A DNA stretch of 64,000 bases from Dendrobates tinctorius (taxonomy: Eukaryota), in NCBI RefSeq assembly GCF_039654945.1, contig NW_027361940.1, positions 2,232,001 to 2,296,000 on the forward strand, written 5' to 3'. Position numbers and translations under genes: made by a program. Numbering within the stretch: the stretch's first letter is position 1; the number at the start of each line of letters is the position of its first letter. The notes beneath the pieces are model-generated. The model saw nothing but the letters and a program-made list of their open reading frames with translations, did not search any database and had not been told where the DNA came from. Positions 60,069-64,000 of the stretch are shown piece after piece.

Positions 60069-60327
60069 TTAAGGGTTCTTATGCCTCAGCCATGCTTTAT
60101 TAATGGTGCTGAGGAATAAGGGGATAGCACCCCCCAGTGTCGGATTTTTCCGGGGTCTCGGCTGCCTGGGGTAGCTGAGACCTCAGAGAACATGATTCGG
60201 GTCGCTCTTTACCGACCCCAGTGTTGCGATCGCCGTTATTCACTGAATAATGGAAACCGCAAAAAAAAGTCAGATTTTCCATTTAATTTCTCACTTCTCT
60301 GGTGTGATCACACATCAGAGATGGGGT

Positions 60328-62562
60328 CCCCCGAGCCCCCCACGATACCTTATGTACTGGATCAGTAGTCCCCCGAGCCCCCCACGATACCTTATGTACT
60401 GGATCAGTAGTCCCCCGAGCCCCCCACGATACCTTATGTACTGGATCAGTAGTCCCCCGAGCCCCCCACGATACCTTATGTACTGGATCAGTAGTGCCCC
60501 GAGCCCCCCACGATACCTTATGTACTGGATCAGTAGTCCCCCGAGCCCCCCACGATACCTTATGTACTGGATCAGTAGTCCCCCGAGCCCCCCACGATAC
60601 CTTATGTACTGGATCAGTAGTCCCCCGAGCCCCCCACGATACCTTATGTACTGGATCAGTAGTCCCCCGAGCCCCCCACGATACCTTATGTACTGGATCA
60701 GTAGTGCCCCGAGCCCCCCACGATACCTTATGTACTGGATCAGTAGTCCCCCGAGCCCCCCACGATACCTTATGTACTGGATCAGTAGTCCCCCGAGCCC
60801 CCCACGATACCTTATGTACTGGATCAGTAGTGCCCCGAGCCCCCCACGATACCTTATGTACTGGATCAGTAGTCCCCCGAGCCCCCCACGATACCTTATG
60901 TACTGGATCAGTAGTCCCCCGAGCCCCCCACGATACCTTATGTACTGGATCAGTAGTGCCCCGAGCCCCCCACGATACCTTATGTACTGGATCAGTAGTG
61001 CCCCGAGCCCCCCACGATACCTTATGTACTGGATCAGTAGTCCCCCGAGCCCCCCACGATACCTTATGTACTGGATCAGTAGTCCCCCGAGCCCCCCACG
61101 ATACCTTATGTACTGGATCAGTAGTCCCCCGAGCCCCCCACGATACCTTATGTACTGGATCAGTAGTCCCCCGAGCCCCCCACGATACCTTATGTACTGG
61201 ATCAGTAGTCCCCCGAGCCCCCCACGATACCTTATGTACTGGATCAGTAGTCCCCCGAGCCCCCCACGATACCTTATGTACTGGATCAGTAGTCCCCCGA
61301 GCCCCCCACGATACCTTATGTACTGGATCAGTAGTGCCCCGAGCCCCCCACGATACCTTATGTACTGGATCAGTAGTCCCCCGAGCCCCCCACGATACCT
61401 TATGTACTGGATCAGTAGTCCCCCGAGCCCCCCACGATACCTTATGTACTGGATCAGTAGTGCCCCGAGCCCCCCACGATACCTTATGTACTGGATCAGT
61501 AGTCCCCCGAGCCCCCCACGATACCTTATGTACTGGATCAGTAGTCCCCCGAGCCCCCCACGATACCTTATGTACTGGATCAGTAGTGCCCCGAGCCCCC
61601 CACGATACCTTATGTACTGGATCAGTAGTGCCCCGAGCCCCCCACGATACCTTATGTACTGGATCAGTAGTCCCCCGAGCCCCCCACGATACCTTATGTA
61701 CTGGATCAGTAGTCCCCCGAGCCCCCCACGATACCTTATGTACTGGATCAGTAGTCCCCCGAGCCCCCCACGATACCTTATGTACTGGATCAGTAGTCCC
61801 CCGAGCCCCCCACGATACCTTATGTACTGGATCAGTAGTCCCCCGAGCCCCCCACGATACCTTATGTACTGGATCAGTAGTCCCCCGAGCCCCCCACGAT
61901 ACCTTATGTACTGGATCAGTAGTCCCCCGAGCCCCCCACGATACCTTATGTACTGGATCAGTAGTGCCCCGAGCCCCCCACGATACCTTATGTATTGGAT
62001 CAGTAGTCCCCCGAGCCCCCCACGATACCTTATGTACTGGATCAGTAGTCCCCCGAGCCCCCCACGATACCTTATGTACTGGATCAGTAGTCCCCCGAGC
62101 CCCCCACGATACCTTATGTACTGGATCAGTAGTCCCCCGAGCCCCCCACGATACCTTATGTACTGGATCAGTAGTGCCCCGAGCCCCCCACGATACTTTA
62201 TGTACTGGATCAGTAGTCCCCCGGCCCCCCACGATACCTTATGTACTGGATCAGTAGTCCCCCCGAGCCCCCCACGATACCTTATGTACTGGATCAGTAG
62301 TGCCCCGGCCCCCCACGATACCTTATGTACTGGATCAGTAGTGCCCCGAGCCCCCCACGATACTTTATGTACTGGATCAGTAGTGCCCCGAGCCCCCCAC
62401 GATACCTTATGTACTGGATCAGTAGTCCCCCGAGCCCCCCACGATACCTTATGTACTGGATCAGTAGTGCCCCGGCCCCCCACGATACCTTATGTACTGG
62501 ATCAGTAGTGCCCCGAGCCCCCCACGATACCTTATGTACTGGATCAGTAGTGCCCCGGCCCC
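60328..62562. repeat. 42-bp minisatellite, ~53 copies
   Basis: Unit CCCCCGAGCCCCCCACGATACCTTATGTACTGGATCAGTAGT with essentially one C/G dimorphism. Confidence 0.99.
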
Positions 62563-62762
62563 CTTCCTTCCTCCGGCAGAAAGAAGATGGCGGGCGCATG
62601 CACCCGGCGACCGAGGAGAATTTTCTCATTGGCTGCTGGGTTTTGATTACTGTGATATCAAAGTGATCAAACCCCCTGAATATTAGTAAATGTGGCAGCA
62701 CTCCAGTTACCTCCCCCGGTTCTCTTTATCATTTTTTAATAATTTTTTTTAGTTTTTTGCAG

Positions 62763-64000
62763 TTAGGCTTAGGGTTACACGTATTAGGGTTACATGTATT
62801 AGGGTTACGCTTATTAGGGTTACACGTATTAGGGTTACACGTATTAGGGTTACGCTTATTAGGGTTACACGTATTAGGGTTACGCTTATTAGGGTTACAC
62901 GTATTAGGGTTACACGTATGAGGGTTACACGTATGAGGGTTACACGTATTAGGGTTACGCTTATTAGGGTTACACGTATGAGGGTTACACGTATGAGGGT
63001 TACGCTTATTAGGGTTACGCTTATTAGGGTTACACGTATGAGGGTTACACGTATTAGGGTTACGCTTATTAGGGTTACGCTTATTAGGGTTACACGTATT
63101 AGGGTTACACGTATTAGGGTTACGCTTATTAGGGTTACGCTTATTAGGGTTACATGTATTAGGGTTACACGTATTAGGGTTACGCTTATTAGGGTTACGC
63201 TTATTAGGGTTACACGTATGAGGGTTACACGTATTAGGGTTACACGTATGAGGGTTACACGTATTAGGGTTACGCTTATTAGGGTTACGCTTATTAGGGT
63301 TACATGTATTAGGGTTACACGTATTAGGGTTACGCTTATTAGGGTTACACGTATTAGGGTTACACGTATTAGGGTTACGCTTATTAGGGTTACATGTATT
63401 AGGGTTACACGTATTAGGGTTACACGAATTAGGGTTACGCTTATTAGGGTTACATGTATTAGGGTTACACGTATTAGGGTTACACGTATTAGGGTTACGC
63501 TTATTAGGGTTACATGTATTAGGGTTACACGTATGAGGGTTACACGTATGAGGGTTACACGTATTAGGGTTACACGTATTAGGGTTACACGTATGAGGGT
63601 TACACGTATTAGGGTTACACGAATTAGGGTTACACGAATTAGGGTTACACGTATTAGGGTTACGCTTATTAGGGTTACACGTATTAGGGTTACACGTATG
63701 AGGGTTACACGTATGAGGGTTACACGTATTAGGGTTACACGTATGAGGGTTACACGAATTAGGGTTACGCTTATTAGGGTTACATGTATTAGGGTTACAC
63801 GTATTAGGGTTACACGAATTAGGGTTACGCTTATTAGGGTTACACGTATTAGGGTTACGCTTATTAGGGTTACATGTATTAGGGTTACACGTATTAGGGT
63901 TACGCTTATTAGGGTTACACGTATTAGGGTTACACGTATGAGGGTTACATGTATTAGGGTTACACGTATTAGGGTTACGCTTATTAGGGTTACATGTATT
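62763..64000 (+). repeat. 15-bp telomere-like tandem array (TTAGGGTTA + 6-nt variable part), >80 copies, runs off the window
   Basis: Units TTAGGGTTACACGTA, TTAGGGTTACGCTTA, TTAGGGTTACATGTA, TTAGGGTTACACGAA and TGAGGGTTACACGTA. The strict 15-bp period is visible as vertical register in the 60-nt lines. Confidence 0.97.

Noticed and set aside
60250-62701. 587-752 aa ORFs on both strands (PPSPPRYLMYWISS repeats and others)
   Set aside because: They arise from a 42-bp unit lacking stops in several frames; there is no unique domain or gene context.
3184-64000. CRISPR-like interpretation of the arrays
   Set aside because: Units are contiguous with no unique spacers, there are no cas genes, and the context is a spliced eukaryotic gene.
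62763-64000. Canonical vertebrate telomere
   Set aside because: There is no (TTAGGG)n run; the period is 15 bp and the chromosome end is not visible.

Overview
Vertebrate, almost certainly frog (anuran), genomic DNA that is very rich in repeats and looks subtelomeric. It holds one intact-looking protein-coding gene on the + strand: a C2H2 zinc-finger gene with no visible KRAB domain, about 1101 aa and 24 fingers, in six coding exons (27660-38730). The gene is built from four paralogous finger cassettes, and every coding intron is phase 1. A probable non-coding first exon and promoter lie near 2.7-2.9 kb. They are separated from the coding exons by a ~24.4 kb CpG-rich 61-bp satellite (~390 copies, higher-order structure, one hAT MITE insertion). 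Most of the other introns carry a different minisatellite (28, 43, ~57 and 29 bp), and the last also holds a Tc1 element. The left edge is the 5' part of a Rex1/Babar LINE with an uninterrupted ORF. Positions 40-60 kb are nested transposon debris: Gypsy remnants, a DIRS element with ITR/ICR, two further Tc1 copies, piggyBac-type, Harbinger and T2/Kolobok MITEs, and a solo LTR. The window ends in a 42-bp satellite and a 15-bp TTAGGG-containing array that runs off the right edge. No tRNA, rRNA or CRISPR features are supported. Exon structures are predicted from splice signals and reading-frame continuity only.
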